Positions 22,807-34,466 of a stretch of DNA of 39,567 nucleotides are shown piece after piece. The stretch is from Octopus bimaculoides (lineage: Eukaryota). The stretch is taken from positions 22,782,141-22,821,707 of the forward strand of contig NC_068981.1 in assembly GCF_001194135.2 (NCBI RefSeq), in the 5' to 3' direction. The first letter of the stretch is position 1. Each line of letters starts with the position of its first letter. Both the position numbers and the translations under genes were made by a program. The notes under the pieces were generated by a model that saw nothing but the letters and a program-made list of their open reading frames with translations, was not told the DNA's origin and ran no database searches.

Positions 22807-23024
22807 CCCTTTAGTGTTTAAACTGGCTGTATCCGGCTCAAATATTCAACCTGTTTTTATATTCAAGTTGGCCAAATCCAGCCTCTCACACATACCCTAC
22901 GATGTGATTCTGAAAAATAAACAATTATATTGTCAGAATCTCAAAGTTATGAGATAAGGCAGTATTAATTCAAGACAATGTGAATAAATATTATATTTGA
23001 CAGATTAACCTAAATACTAAAAGA
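22807..23024. mobile_element. Non-autonomous piggyBac-type MITE (218 bp), decayed right TIR
   Basis: TTAA at 22803-22806 and 23025-23028; CCCTTTAGTGTTTA versus the right-end reverse complement TCTTTTAGTATTTA (11/14). Confidence 0.7.
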
Positions 23025-23147
23025 TTAAACTATTTATGGATCTTGAATTTTACAAAATATTTACGAAGTATTTGTAACGTCTTCTTGTCACAAACTATTA
23101 AATATTTTGAATCCAAAGAGCACAAAGAAGAATTTTATTCATTCTGA

Positions 23148-23540
23148 GTGCAGGCATGGATGAATGATTAAGTTTGCTTCCCAGCCCCATGGTTTCAGGT
23201 TTAGTCCTATTGCAAGGCACTTTGGGCAAGTGTCTTCCACCATATATATCCCCAGGCTGGGATTTGACAGACAGAACCTTAAAGAAACCCATTGTACATA
23301 CACACTTACATATATATGTAAGTGTATGTGTATGTATACTTGCACACACACACTTGTCTCGGCATCAATATTATACAAGTATATTGTTTGTTTGCAGTCA
23401 ACATCCCTGGCCTTACCTGGAAACAGGTGAGGGTTGTTGGTGACACAAAGGGCATTTATCCATAGAAAATCTGCTTCAATGAATTCTGTCTGACCCATGC
23501 AAGCCTAAATAAGTAGATGTTAAAATAATGATGACAATGA
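23148..23540 (+). mobile_element. SINE family A head plus family B variant tail
   Basis: ggcactttgggcaagtgtcttc core and gggttgttggtgacacaaagggcatttatccatagaaaatctgc...gatgttaaaataatgatg. Confidence 0.65.
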
Positions 23541-24513
23541 AATTATTCTAGAGGTATGGCATTTGATTTTTTTCAAGCTCAACTTCTTTATATGGCAGAA
23601 AGTAAGCCTGAGGTCAAATTTGCAACGAATTCATAGTCTTGTGAATCAACACTTAGAGCTGATCTACAACTGAAAATGCTATTGTGAACAAGTGCACCAT
23701 TAGTTGCAGCCATTGGCGAACTGTCTGAGAGCTAATTCTGCAAAAGTCATGGGTTCTGTCTTTCCATCCTCAAATACTCTCTGGTATAATAAAAATTAAA
23801 AAAAGGGTCAAGGGAGATAAGTGGAAGAAACTTCAGTGAAAGAGGAAAAGGAAGATGATCTCAGAATGCTGAACCTCATGAAGGCGATAAACAAGGGTTT
23901 ACAACAAGTGACTGAGGTGCTGTGATGGAGTAAACCCATCCAACATTTACCAATGTAGTAAAAAATAGATGGAGGAGGAGGATTTGTGTTAGTTCTACCA
24001 TGAATACTTGTTTAGGCTCAGGGGAAAGTAACAGGAAGTCGCTCAAAATTATCTTCCCTTGAGCTACAACTGTTAAATAATCTGTTGTTGCTTAGCCCTG
24101 GGTCTGTTCTGACCAAGCAGGGATTCATTTGTTAATGTTTTGATAGTTATCACATTGAATAAAGACTGGAAATAAATGAAAAGAGAAAGAAAGAAATATT
24201 TCCAGGTGTTAAATAATGTCAGCTGCCATAAATCTGTGTTTACCAAGTCAATAAAAGCATATGAATCTTGATAAACAAATAAGTTATGGCACCCAGATGT
24301 GTCTAATAAACAGTAAAAGGTAAAAAAAAATTGGAGAAATCAGTTCTTTATAGCTTAAAGATAATTTCATGTACTTATGATATTTTCATGCCGTATTTTT
24401 TAAATAGGAAAGCATTTAAATATATATGTATTCATTATTTATATGTTGTAACTTATGTGGTTAGATGTTGTTTATGTGTGTTAAAATATATACACTCACA
24501 GTCTTGAAGAATG

Positions 24514-24548
<35 letters not shown>

Positions 24549-25089
24549 CGATTCTGAGAATTATATTTATTTGGTAGTCTGTACTGGTGAGAAACAGATA
24601 TTTTCGGTAAGGAAATATTAATTTCGAAACTAGTTTTCGGATAACTTCGTATGTATTTATGTAATTTTCCCTTGTCTTGCCCATATACGTTTTGTTACTT
24701 CGCTAAATTTCCTTTGAGAACAATTCGGACTTAGTAGATGCATTACATGTGATCTTCTTCTAGCACATTAACAGTCCACCTAGTGATTTCCTTAATACAC
24801 ACACACACACACACACATATATATACATATTCTACAATACACATAAAAAGATGATATTTTTTCAAATGCAGAGTTGCTGTTAGAACAGCAGAAGTACTGG
24901 GTAAATTACAAGGTGGAAAAATTTGTCAACAAACACCCATGGTTGGTTATTGACACATTTTTCATTCTGATGTATTCATGTTAATATTCAAGAATTAGGA
25001 CATACTGATTTTTAGTGGCCTTTGTGACAATTGATGAAGTGAAAACAAGATGGTGGTATACCATGTAATGTATTATATTACTACTATGG

Positions 25090-25470
25090 GTCATCCCTTT
25101 CTCTATCTCAACATCATTGTACATATTTAGGACATAATCTTCTACCATATCCTCTTAAGACTTGGACAGCAAGCATTTACAACATTCAAACTCCATGCGA
25201 ATACTGGGCCTTACAATCTCTGATGATTTCTCCTGGCAATTTCACATTTTATAACCTGGTAAAATCTGTACTCCATTGACTAACTTCCCTCTATAGGATC
25301 AGAAATTGCTTCAACCCTCCTGATAGTCATTGACACTTTACAAATCTCAAGTAAGACCCTCACTTAAATATTGGTCCCATATCTGATATAACATTGCTAC
25401 ACACACAAAACATACTAGGTGACATCTGAAAGAAAGTCTTCCTACTTATTTAGCAAATGCTCAGTCACCA
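25090..25470 (+). mobile_element. L2/CR1/Jockey-group LINE RT C-terminal fragment
   Basis: ILGLTISDDFSWQFHI and LTLYKSQVRPSLKYWSHI* match the LGVxIxxDLSWxxHI and LYKxxVRPxLEYxxxxW motifs; several stops. Confidence 0.75.
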
Positions 25471-25506
25471 ACATATTACAAACTTAACCCTTTGAATGCA
25501 CTGCTT

Positions 25507-25765
25507 TTATCTTTTACTTGTTTCAGTGTGGCCATGCTGGGGCACTGCTTTGAAGAACATTTTTTAGTTGAACAACTTGACCTCAGTATTTATATTTAAG
25601 CCTGTTACTTATTCTATTGGTCTCTTTTGCTGAACCGCTAAGTTATAGGGACGTAAACACACCAACATCAGTTGTCAATGGTGGTAGGAGACAAACAGAT
25701 GCAAAGACCTACTCACATACACACACATATATGTGTATATATGATGGACTTCTTTCAGTTTCTTT
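25507..25765 (-). mobile_element. SINE family A 3' half
   Basis: cttttacttgtttcag...ggtctcttttgctgaaccgctaagttatagggacgtaaacacacc. Confidence 0.8.
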
Positions 25766-25784
25766 CTGTATGTGTGTGTGTGTG

Positions 25785-25838
<54 letters not shown>

Positions 25839-25900
25839 NNNNNNNNNNNNNNNNNNNNNNNNNNNNNNNNNNNNNNNNNNNNNNNNNNNNNNNNNNNNNN

Positions 25901-25933
<33 letters not shown>

Positions 25934-26068
25934 GTTTAACGTCCGCTTTCCATGCTAGCATGGGTTGGACGATTTGACTGAGGACTGGTGCAACCGGATG
26001 GCTACACCAGGCTCCAATCTAATTTGGCAGAGTTTCTACAGCTGGATGCCCTTCCTAACGCCAACCAC
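25901..26068 (-). mobile_element. SINE family B 3' part, young
   Basis: (CAT)n then gtttaacgtccgctttccatgctagcatgggttggacg...cccttcctaacgccaaccac. Confidence 0.9.
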
Positions 26069-26087
26069 ATATATATATAGATATATA

Positions 26088-26430
26088 GTGAAGGCTTTCT
26101 CAATGGTTAGAGCGTTGTACTCACAGTCATAAGGTAGTGAGTTCGATCCCCAGACTGGACTGTGTGTTGTGTTCTTGAGCAAGACACTTATTTCACATTG
26201 TTCCAGTTCACTCAGCTGTAGAAATGAGTTGTGACATCACTGATGCCAAACTGTGTTGGCCTTTGCCTTTCTCTTGGAGAATATTTGTGTTGTACAGAGG
26301 GGAGGCTGGTATGCATGGGTGACTGCTGGTCTTCCATAAACAACCTTGCCTGGACTTGTACCTCCAAGTGGAACATTCTGGGTACAATCCTATGGTTATT
26401 CATAACTGAAGGGGTTCCTTTACCTTATAC
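26088..26430 (+). mobile_element. SINE family D (tRNA-derived head)
   Basis: A-box-like tggttagagcg, B-box gagttcgatcccc, then tgtgttcttgagcaagacact core. Confidence 0.8.
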
Positions 26431-26632
26431 AGTTTCTGCCTATTAGTAAATTCACTCACAAAGCATTGGTTGGGTTGGGGCTGTAGTAGAAAACACTTTC
26501 CCAAAGTACTACACAGTGGGACTGAACCTGAAACCACATGAGCTTCTTAACTGCTCAGTCAGTCCTTTCTCCATAGAATGACAACTCTCTCTAATGTACT
26601 CCCACCCTCTCATGTTTTTATTTTCCTTGCAG

Positions 26633-26727
26633 ATTTTAACTTAGAGAAATTCACACCAAATATATCAATCTCTTCAGTCTCAGGGACCTTACAGAGGTCA
26701 CACACAGTGAGCCAGTCTCGCAGTTAA
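26633..26727 (+). CDS. Candidate last coding exon (DFNLEKFTPNISISSVSGTLQRSHTVSQSRS*)
   Basis: Very strong acceptor gtttttattttccttgcag; open in phase 1 after 12808; TAA at 26725-26727. A possible internal donor ACA|gtgagc lies at 26706. Confidence 0.62.
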
Positions 26728-26740
26728 GCCATAAAATGAC

Positions 26741-26746
26741 AATAAA
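26741..26746 (+). terminator. Candidate polyadenylation signal AATAAA (another at 27091-27096)
   Basis: Hexamer just after the predicted stop; unique U-rich UTR-like sequence to about 27150. Confidence 0.3.
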
Positions 26747-27438
26747 TAAATGGATAAACAGAACCATTCCACCCAGTCGGGTATAAGATAGAGACCCTCT
26801 TATTTTCCTTTGATAACCTGTTGCTACTTTACTTGTCCAGTGCACAGTTTAATGCAGATGTTGTTTATTATTTTTCCAAGAATGCATTCTGGCATGTTTA
26901 TAATTGGAACAAAGAAAATGTTTATTCCAAGAGAAGTTGTGTTGCTATCTGAGTCAGTTTTGAATCAATATAGGTGTGTTTGGAACAGAATTAACTACTG
27001 GTCAAATGTTTTTTTTTTTTTTTTTTTTGCTTGTCTTGTTTATTTTTCTGTTGTTTTCTTCTTTGTTTGTCTTGTTATTCTTATCAGTAAAATAAACCTC
27101 TCTCTTTTGGTTCCATGTTGTCTTATCTGCTAAATTTGATAGTAAATTTGAAAGGAAGCATTGAATTATAACACTTGAGTGTATGTATATATATATGTAT
27201 AAATATATATATATATATATATATNNNNNNNNNNNNNNNNNNNNNNNNNNNNNNNNNNNNNNNNNNNNNNNNNNNNNNNNNNNNNNNNNNNNNNNNNNNN
27301 NNNNNNNNNNNNNNNNNNNNNNNNNNNNNNNNNNNNNNNNNNNNNNNNNNNNNNNNNNNNNNNNNNNNNNNNNNNNNNNNNNNNNNNNNNNNNNNNNNNN
27401 NNNNNNNNNNNNNNNNNNNNCACACACACACACACACA

Positions 27439-27470
<32 letters not shown>

Positions 27471-27748
27471 AGAATTAGGCTCAGTTTCTACAGAATTAAA
27501 CATGTTAACACAGTCTTTGTCCCACCCTTTCACTCACTCATGTACGCTGTATACTCGTGTGTGCAATTACACACACATACTTCTACACATATACGCATGC
27601 ATGAATTGTTCTTTGCGTTGATTAACCCCACACGCCTCAGTTAGCTCATTTTTTATACCATTATTATTTTTTTTATTGTTTAGCCTCAGGTCATCCCTGA
27701 CTAAGCAGGCCTATGGTCAAAGGCATTCTAGCAATAACAGTTCCATTC

Positions 27749-27975
27749 TTTTCTACTCTTGGCACAAAGCCCAAAATTTTGGGCGAGATGGAGTGGGGGG
27801 GGGAGGCAGTCGATTAGATTGACCCCAATACGCAATTGGTACTTAATTTATCGACCCCAAATGGATGAAAGGCAGAGTTGACCTTAGCAGAATTTGAACT
27901 CAGAACATAAAGACAGGCGAAATACCGCTAAGCATTTTGCTCGGCATGCTAACATTTCTGCCTGCTCAGCACCTT
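27749..27975 (-). mobile_element. SINE family C with 15-bp target-site duplication
   Basis: ATAACAGTTCCATTC at 27734-27748 and 27976-27990. Confidence 0.92.
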
Positions 27976-28327
27976 ATAACAGTTCCATTCAGTCTTCTAT
28001 TAGGCATTATATTTCTAGAACTATATCATTCACTATGTATCTCCCCGACCCCTTTTATTAATATTATAGGGTTTATTTTGAAGGAGATATACCTGCTATT
28101 ACTATTAGTTTGAATAAATGCATAGAGACTCCAACCAAGTTGGAGTGCCACAGTGTCACCTAAAATTTACCATACAGCCATATACTTATATTTGATGGCA
28201 TATAAGATTCATTTCTTCTTTAAAATGCTTCTTATTTTAATGGTAGATTATATGATGGAAAATCTTGAAAGTAAAAGCTGTCTGTTGTTTCAACCAACAG
28301 TCATGTTGCCTCCTCTGCCTCTTCAAC

Positions 28328-28505
28328 GTCATCATCATCATCATTTAATATCTGGCTTACATGCTGGCATCAATTGGATGGTTTGACAGGATGTGACAAA
28401 TAGGAGGACTGCATCATGTACCAATGTCGACTTTGGCATGGTTTCTATGACTGAATGCCCTTCCCAGTGCCAACCACTTTACAGAATGCACTGGGTGCTC
28501 ACCAA
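28328..28505 (-). mobile_element. SINE family B, degraded
   Basis: catcatcatcatttaatatc...gcccttcccagtgccaaccactttacagaatgcactgggtgct. Confidence 0.75.
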
Positions 28506-28987
28506 CCCTAGTGATGATAACTTCATAACTTGCAAGGCTAAAATGGCCCTTATAATTGAAGAAGAACAGAAGGAAGGGTGAGCAATGATTCCAGTCAGAG
28601 GGATGAGTGATGGTAAGTAAGAGGAGAGGAGAGGAGAAAGAAGGGATTAGAAAAAGGGATGGATGTTTGAAAGTTGATAAGATGGTTGTGTAAGTGATGT
28701 CTAGGGCTATCCAGCATGGGCAGAAAGTGTAAAGGAAAGGGACCAGGAAGGGAGCAATAGTCTAGGATGAAGAAGAAGAATCCTGAGAGATTTAGTGTGG
28801 GGAGGTTGATGAGGAAAGATGAGAAGGGGTGTTGAGGAGATAGAGAAACTGTATCATAAAGGTCACTGAGAGAAATGGAAGCAAAGGATGAAGGGCAAGA
28901 TGATGATGCTGGATGGCATCATAAAGGTAGGATGAAGACAAAAAATAAAGTGTGAAATGCTGCAGAAGCATCCAAGGTGTCTAGCAA

Positions 28988-29270
28988 TTAATTCTCAGAA
29001 AGTATTTCTAGTCTCGTCTTAAAATAATCTTTGGGTTCTAATTTCTTGAGAATATATGGAGATCTAACAACTGAAGAATTGCAATTTTGATCTAATTGGG
29101 TTTCATCAGTTTCACTATTGCTACAACTATTCTCTAAATTAAACTGTTTATAAGCCATCATTATCTGTAATAAATCATCAGCCTTGCCAATTAGTGTTGG
29201 AATAAAATTATGTAATGCACCATTAAACATATAAAATAATGCTATATAATCTATTCTAAAATATACTTTC
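28988..29270 (-). CDS. Candidate terminal exon of an unidentified convergent gene (5' boundary uncertain)
   Basis: About 94 open codons KVYFRIDYIALFYMFNGALHNFIPTLIGKADDLLQIMMAYKQF...KTRLEILSEN* behind acceptor ttctatacag, in non-repeat AT-rich DNA. Confidence 0.4.
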
Positions 29271-29365
29271 CTGTATAGAATTTATTAATTCATATGGTCT
29301 ATAATGTTTTATTTAATTCTTCGAAGAAACAAATATTGCACAAGACATCAAATGAAAGTCTCTAC

Positions 29366-29509
29366 ATGGATTTTTGATCTGCTAGAAATAGCAGCCAGAT
29401 TGTCTTCAAATAACAAATTTGGCAGATAAGCCAGGTAATGAGTACACCATGCATTAGGATTTTGAAGCAAAGCTGTTTTCAAAGCTTGAACTTTAAGTCT
29501 TTGAGTTTT
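29366..29509 (-). CDS. Candidate internal exon of the same gene (KTQRLKVQALKTALLQNPNAWCTHYLAYLPNLLFEDNLAAISSRSKIH)
   Basis: Acceptor ctttacag, donor CAT|gtagag, 144 nt, protein-like composition, same frame as the downstream ORF. Confidence 0.38.
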
Positions 29510-29630
29510 CTGTAAAGCTCCTCTCCTTCCCCACAAAAAAAATATTTAAATAAAACAAATAAAGACTTGAGTACCATACATCTACTTGGTCAAAGCTGAG
29601 CTAGAGCTAAATAACAAGAAAAACAAAATA

Positions 29631-29779
29631 GGCGCAGGAGTGGCTGTGTAGTAAGTAGCTTGCTTACCAACCACATGGTTCCGGGTTCAATCCCACTGCA
29701 AGTGTCTTCTACTATAACCTCGGGCTGACCAAAGCCTTGTGAGTGGATTTGGTAGACGGAAACTGAAAGAAGCCCGTCG

Positions 29780-29812
<33 letters not shown>

Positions 29813-30010
29813 ATGTATATGTTTGTGTGCCTGTGTTTGTCCCCCCAACATCGCTTGACAACCGATGCTGGTGTGTTTACGTTTCTATAACTTAGCGGTT
29901 CGGCAAAAGAGACCGATAGAATAAGTACTAGGGTCGATTTGCTCGACTAAAGGCGGTGCTCCAGCATGGCTGCAGTCAAATGACTGAAACAAATAAAAGA
30001 ATAAAAGAAT
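29631..30010 (+). mobile_element. SINE family A, young
   Basis: ggcgcaggagtggctgtgtagtaagtagc head, CpG-rich body, (AATAAAAG)n tail, two short internal deletions. Confidence 0.92.
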
Positions 30011-30848
30011 CAAAAGACATTGTTCTAAAGTTAAATTGTTATATAGTTCCTGGCACATGACAGCATCATGTCTCAACTTTCAGCATAATGTTTGACAAAC
30101 TGAAGTGCAAATTGAAATATAAAACTGATTTGTAATTATAACATGGAAAAGGATTAACTTTATTTTAGTAAAAACTGGCAAAGTCAATTACTTGGTTTAT
30201 TAAACTGGTTTTTCTCATTTTATTTATTTTTTTTTTTTGCTTGCCCCCAGAATCTAAATAAATAACTCGAACCTTTACTGCACACTCATAGATTAAAAGT
30301 TCAAACTTTGAAAGCAACTTTGCTTTCATGTCTTATGGCATGATATGCTATTTGTTATTTGCTTTATCTGTTCAAATCGTTAATATACATCATCACTGCC
30401 ATCATTTTAGAGTCCTCTTTTCAATGCTTGCATAGGTCAGACGGAATTCATTGTGACAGATTTTTTTACAGCTGGATGATATTCCTGCCATCAACCCTCA
30501 CCTGTTTTCATGTTGAGTAATATTCCCCCTTGGCCAGACATGTTTTCATGGAAAACAAAATGAACGACACCACTTGCAATACAGTGCCACTTGTTTGTAC
30601 TGGATGCACAATACAGTGCCACATGTTTGTACTGGGTGCTCCCTGTGTGGCACTGGCACAGGTGCTTTATATGTAGCATTTTACATGACACCAGTATGGG
30701 TGTTTTTACGTGATGCCAGCACATATGAGCCCATGAGACAAGGACTTCTCAGCTGACATATCTGGCCCAAAGCTAAAGTAGAAGACATCTAATGTGTCAT
30801 GCAGTGGGACTGAACTCAGAATCATGTCACTAGGAAACAAACTTCTTA

Positions 30849-31080
30849 TTTCTTTATTGCCCTCAAGGGGCTAAACATAGAGGGGACAAACAAGGGCAGA
30901 CAAAGGGATTAAGTTGATTACATCAACCCCAATGCGTAACTGGTACTTAATTTATCGACCCCCACTGGATGAAAGGCAAAGTTGATCTTAGTGGAATTTG
31001 AACTCAGAACATAAAGACAAATGAAATACCACTAAGCATTTCGCCTGGCATGCTAACGTTTCTGCCATCTCACCACCTTA
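30849..31080 (-). mobile_element. SINE family C variant with 14-bp TSD, nested in an older family A head
   Basis: AAACAAACTTCTTA at 30835-30848 and 31081-31094; the host SINE continues ccacac after the second copy. Confidence 0.9.
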
Positions 31081-33000
31081 AAACAAACTTCTTACCACAC
31101 AACAACACCTACCTAACTATATATANNNNNNNNNNNNNNNNNNNNNNNNNNNNNNNNNNNNNNNNNNNNNNNNNNNNNNNNNNNNNNNNNNNNNNNNNNN
31201 NNNNNNNNNNNNNNNNNNNNNNNNNNNNNNNNNNNNNNNNNNNNNNNNNNNNNNNNNNNNNNNNNNNNNNNNNNNNNNNNNNNNNNNNNNNNNNNNNNNN
31301 NNNNNNNNNNNNNNNNNNNNNNNNNNNNNNNNNNNNNNNNNNNNNNNNNNNNNNNNNNNNNNNNNNNNNNNNNNNNNNNNNNNNNNNNNNNNNNNNNNNN
31401 NNNNNNNNNNNNNNNNNNNNNNNNNNNNNNNNNNNNNNNNNNNNNNNNNNNNNNNNNNNNNNNNNNNNNNNNNNNNNNNNNNNNNNNNNNNNNNNNNNNN
31501 NNNNNNNNNNNNNNNNNNNNNNNNNNNNNNNNNNNNNNNNNNNNNNNNNNNNNNNNNNNNNNNNNNNNNNNNNNNNNNNNNNNNNNNNNNNNNNNNNNNN
31601 NNNNNNNNNNNNNNNNNNNNNNNNNNNNNNNNNNNNNNNNNNNNNNNNNNNNNNNNNNNNNNNNNNNNNNNNNNNNNNNNNNNNNNNNNNNNNNNNNNNN
31701 NNNNNNNNNNNNNNNNNNNNNNNNNNNNNNNNNNNNNNNNNNNNNNNNNNNNNNNNNNNNNNNNNNNNNNNNNNNNNNNNNNNNNNNNNNNNNNNNNNNN
31801 NNNNNNNNNNNNNNNNNNNNNNNNNNNNNNNNNNNNNNNNNNNNNNNNNNNNNNNNNNNNNNNNNNNNNNNNNNNNNNNNNNNNNNNNNNNNNNNNNNNN
31901 NNNNNNNNNNNNNNNNNNNNNNNNNNNNNNNNNNNNNNNNNNNNNNNNNNNNNNNNNNNNNNNNNNNNNNNNNNNNNNNNNNNNNNNNNNNNNNNNNNNN
32001 NNNNNNNNNNNNNNNNNNNNNGGGGGGTAGGCGTAAAGTTTTTAAAAAGAAATTTTCAATCTAACATTGTACCAAAAAATGTTGCAAAAACAACAATGGA
32101 GTTGAATTTGACAGAATTTGACTTTTTATTTTACTATTTATATATTTTTTGTGTGTGTGTGTGTGTGTGTGTGTAACTGGTGTTTCCATAATGGCAATTG
32201 TCCTGGAAGAGATAAGGGAAAAATCCAATTCTGTTTATCTGTTTTTCTTTCTTTCTCTCTTCACTTTCTCAGTAACAATAGAATGCTGAAAAACTAGTAG
32301 TGTGCAAGGAGAGAGAAGGAGAGAGAGAGAGGGAGAGAGGAGAATAAATTAACAAGTGTGAGATGGGGTGGAACGGAGATAAAAGAAAGAAGCAATATAT
32401 GTTAAAATAACGAGAAGGGTTTTTTTTGTATTATTTTATTATTATTGAGAAGATGAGGATGGATGTGATAAAGAAGAAGGAAAAGTGGGGGGCAAAAATA
32501 AAAATTAAAAGGGTAGATATAGCAAAAATATAAGAGGGAGAGGAGATGCGAGAAATTGGATTAATAGGAGGGGTAGAGGTGGTAGTAAAAGGAGAAAGAG
32601 AGAGTGTATGTGTGAAAGAGGGATAGTGAAGAAGACATAATTAATTCAAGAATACAATACAATATTGCTGTATAGTTTACAAGCTTCTGAATAAGCAACA
32701 GATAACATTGTTGAAGGGGGTTTAGCATTACAATTGGTATTATTAAGTGTTCATTTCTCTGAGCCAGTCATTGTTTAAAGCTGTTCTGTTAAGTTGGTTC
32801 TTTTTGTTTTAACTTTCTTAGTCCTTGTGGAAGGAAACATTGAATAGTGTAGCCCTAGATATACTGTGTCTGAATAAAAGATACACTTGAACATGTCTGC
32901 TTGCTCAGGGCTGATATGGGGTTAAACAATAACATCAACTTTCTGTGGTTTACTTTTATAAAAATACTCACTAGTATGCCTGTACTATTCTCACTGGTTC

Positions 33001-33327
33001 TCTTTTACTCTTATACTTGTTTCAGTCATTTGACTGTGGCCATGCTGGAGCACCGCCTTTAGTCGAGCAAATCGATCTCAGGACTTATTCTTTGTCAGCC
33101 TAGTACTTATTCCATCGGTCTCTTTTGCTGAACCGCTAAGTTACAGGGACGTAAATGCACCAGCACCGGTTGTCAAGCGATGTTGGGGGATAAACACAAA
33201 CACACAAACATATATATATATATATATATATATATACGATGGGCTTCTTTCAGTTTCCGTCTACCAAATCCACTAACATGGCTTTGGTCGGCCCAGGGCT
33301 ATAGTAGAAGACACTTGCCCAAGGTGC
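33001..33327 (-). mobile_element. SINE family A, young; 5' head runs into the gap
   Basis: Reverse complement of the 21471 and 29631 copies. Confidence 0.92.
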
Positions 33328-34246
33328 NNNNNNNNNNNNNNNNNNNNNNNNNNNNNNNNNNNNNNNNNNNNNNNNNNNNNNNNNNNNNNNNNNNNNNNNN
33401 NNNNNNNNNNNNNNNNNNNNNNNNNNNNNNNNNNNNNNNNNNNNNNNNNNNNNNNNNNNNNNNNNNNNNNNNNNNNNNNNNNNNNNNNNNNNNNNNNNNN
33501 NNNNNNNNNNNNNNNNNNNNNNNNNNNNNNNNNNNNNNNNNNNNNNNNNNNNNNNNNNNNNNNNNNNNNNNNNNNNNNNNNNNNNNNNNNNNNNNNNNNN
33601 NNNNNNNNNNNNNNNNNNNNNNNNNNNNNNNNNNNNNNNNNNNNNNNNNNNNNNNNNNNNNNNNNNNNNNNNNNNNNNNNNNNNNNNNNNNNNNNNNNNN
33701 NNNNNNNNNNNNNNNNNNNNNNNNNNNNNNNNNNNNNNNNNNNNNNNNNNNNNNNNNNNNNNNNNNNNNNNNNNNNNNNNNNNNNNNNNNNNNNNNNNNN
33801 NNNNNNNNNNNNNNNNNNNNNNNNNNNNNNNNNNNNNNNNNNNNNNNNNNNNNNNNNNNNNNNNNNNNNNNNNNNNNNNNNNNNNNNNNNNNNNNNNNNN
33901 NNNNNNNNNNNNNNNNNNNNNNNNNNNNNNNNNNNNNNNNNNNNNNNNNNNNNNNNNNNNNNNNNNNNNNNNNNNNNNNNNNNNNNNNNNNNNNNNNNNN
34001 NNNNNNNNNNNNNNNNNNNNNNNNNNNNNNNNNNNNNNNNNNNNNNNNNNNNNNNNNNNNNNNNNNNNNNNNNNNNNNNNNNNNNNNNNNNNNNNNNNNN
34101 NNNNNNNNNNNNNNNNNNNNNNNNNNNNNNNNNNNNNNNNNNNNNNNNNNNNNNNNNNNNNNNNNNNNNNNNNNNNNNNNNNNNNNNNNNNNNNNNNNNN
34201 NNNNNNNNNNNNNNNNNNNNNNNNNNNNNNNNNNNNNNNNNNNNNN

Positions 34247-34466
34247 TATGTATATGTTTGTGTGCTTGTGTTTGTCCCCCCAACATCGCTTGACAACCGA
34301 TGCTGGTGTGTTTATGTTTCTATAACTTAGCGGTTCGGCAAAAGAGACCGATAGAATAAGTACTAGGTTTACAAAGAATAAGTCCTGGGGTCGATTTACT
34401 CGACTAAAGGCGGTGCTCCAGCATGGCCACAGTCAAATGACTGAAACAAGTAAAAGAGTAAAGAGT
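34247..34466 (+). mobile_element. SINE family A 3' half, young; 5' part lost in the gap
   Basis: tttgtccccccaacatcgcttgacaaccgatgctgg...ctgaaacaagtaaaagag. Confidence 0.92.

Noticed and set aside
4361-26727. Loose resemblance of GGYNIE...FNLEKFTPN to Fat-type cadherin tail motifs
   Set aside because: Only a few residues from memory with wrong spacing and terminus; not enough to assign a gene symbol.
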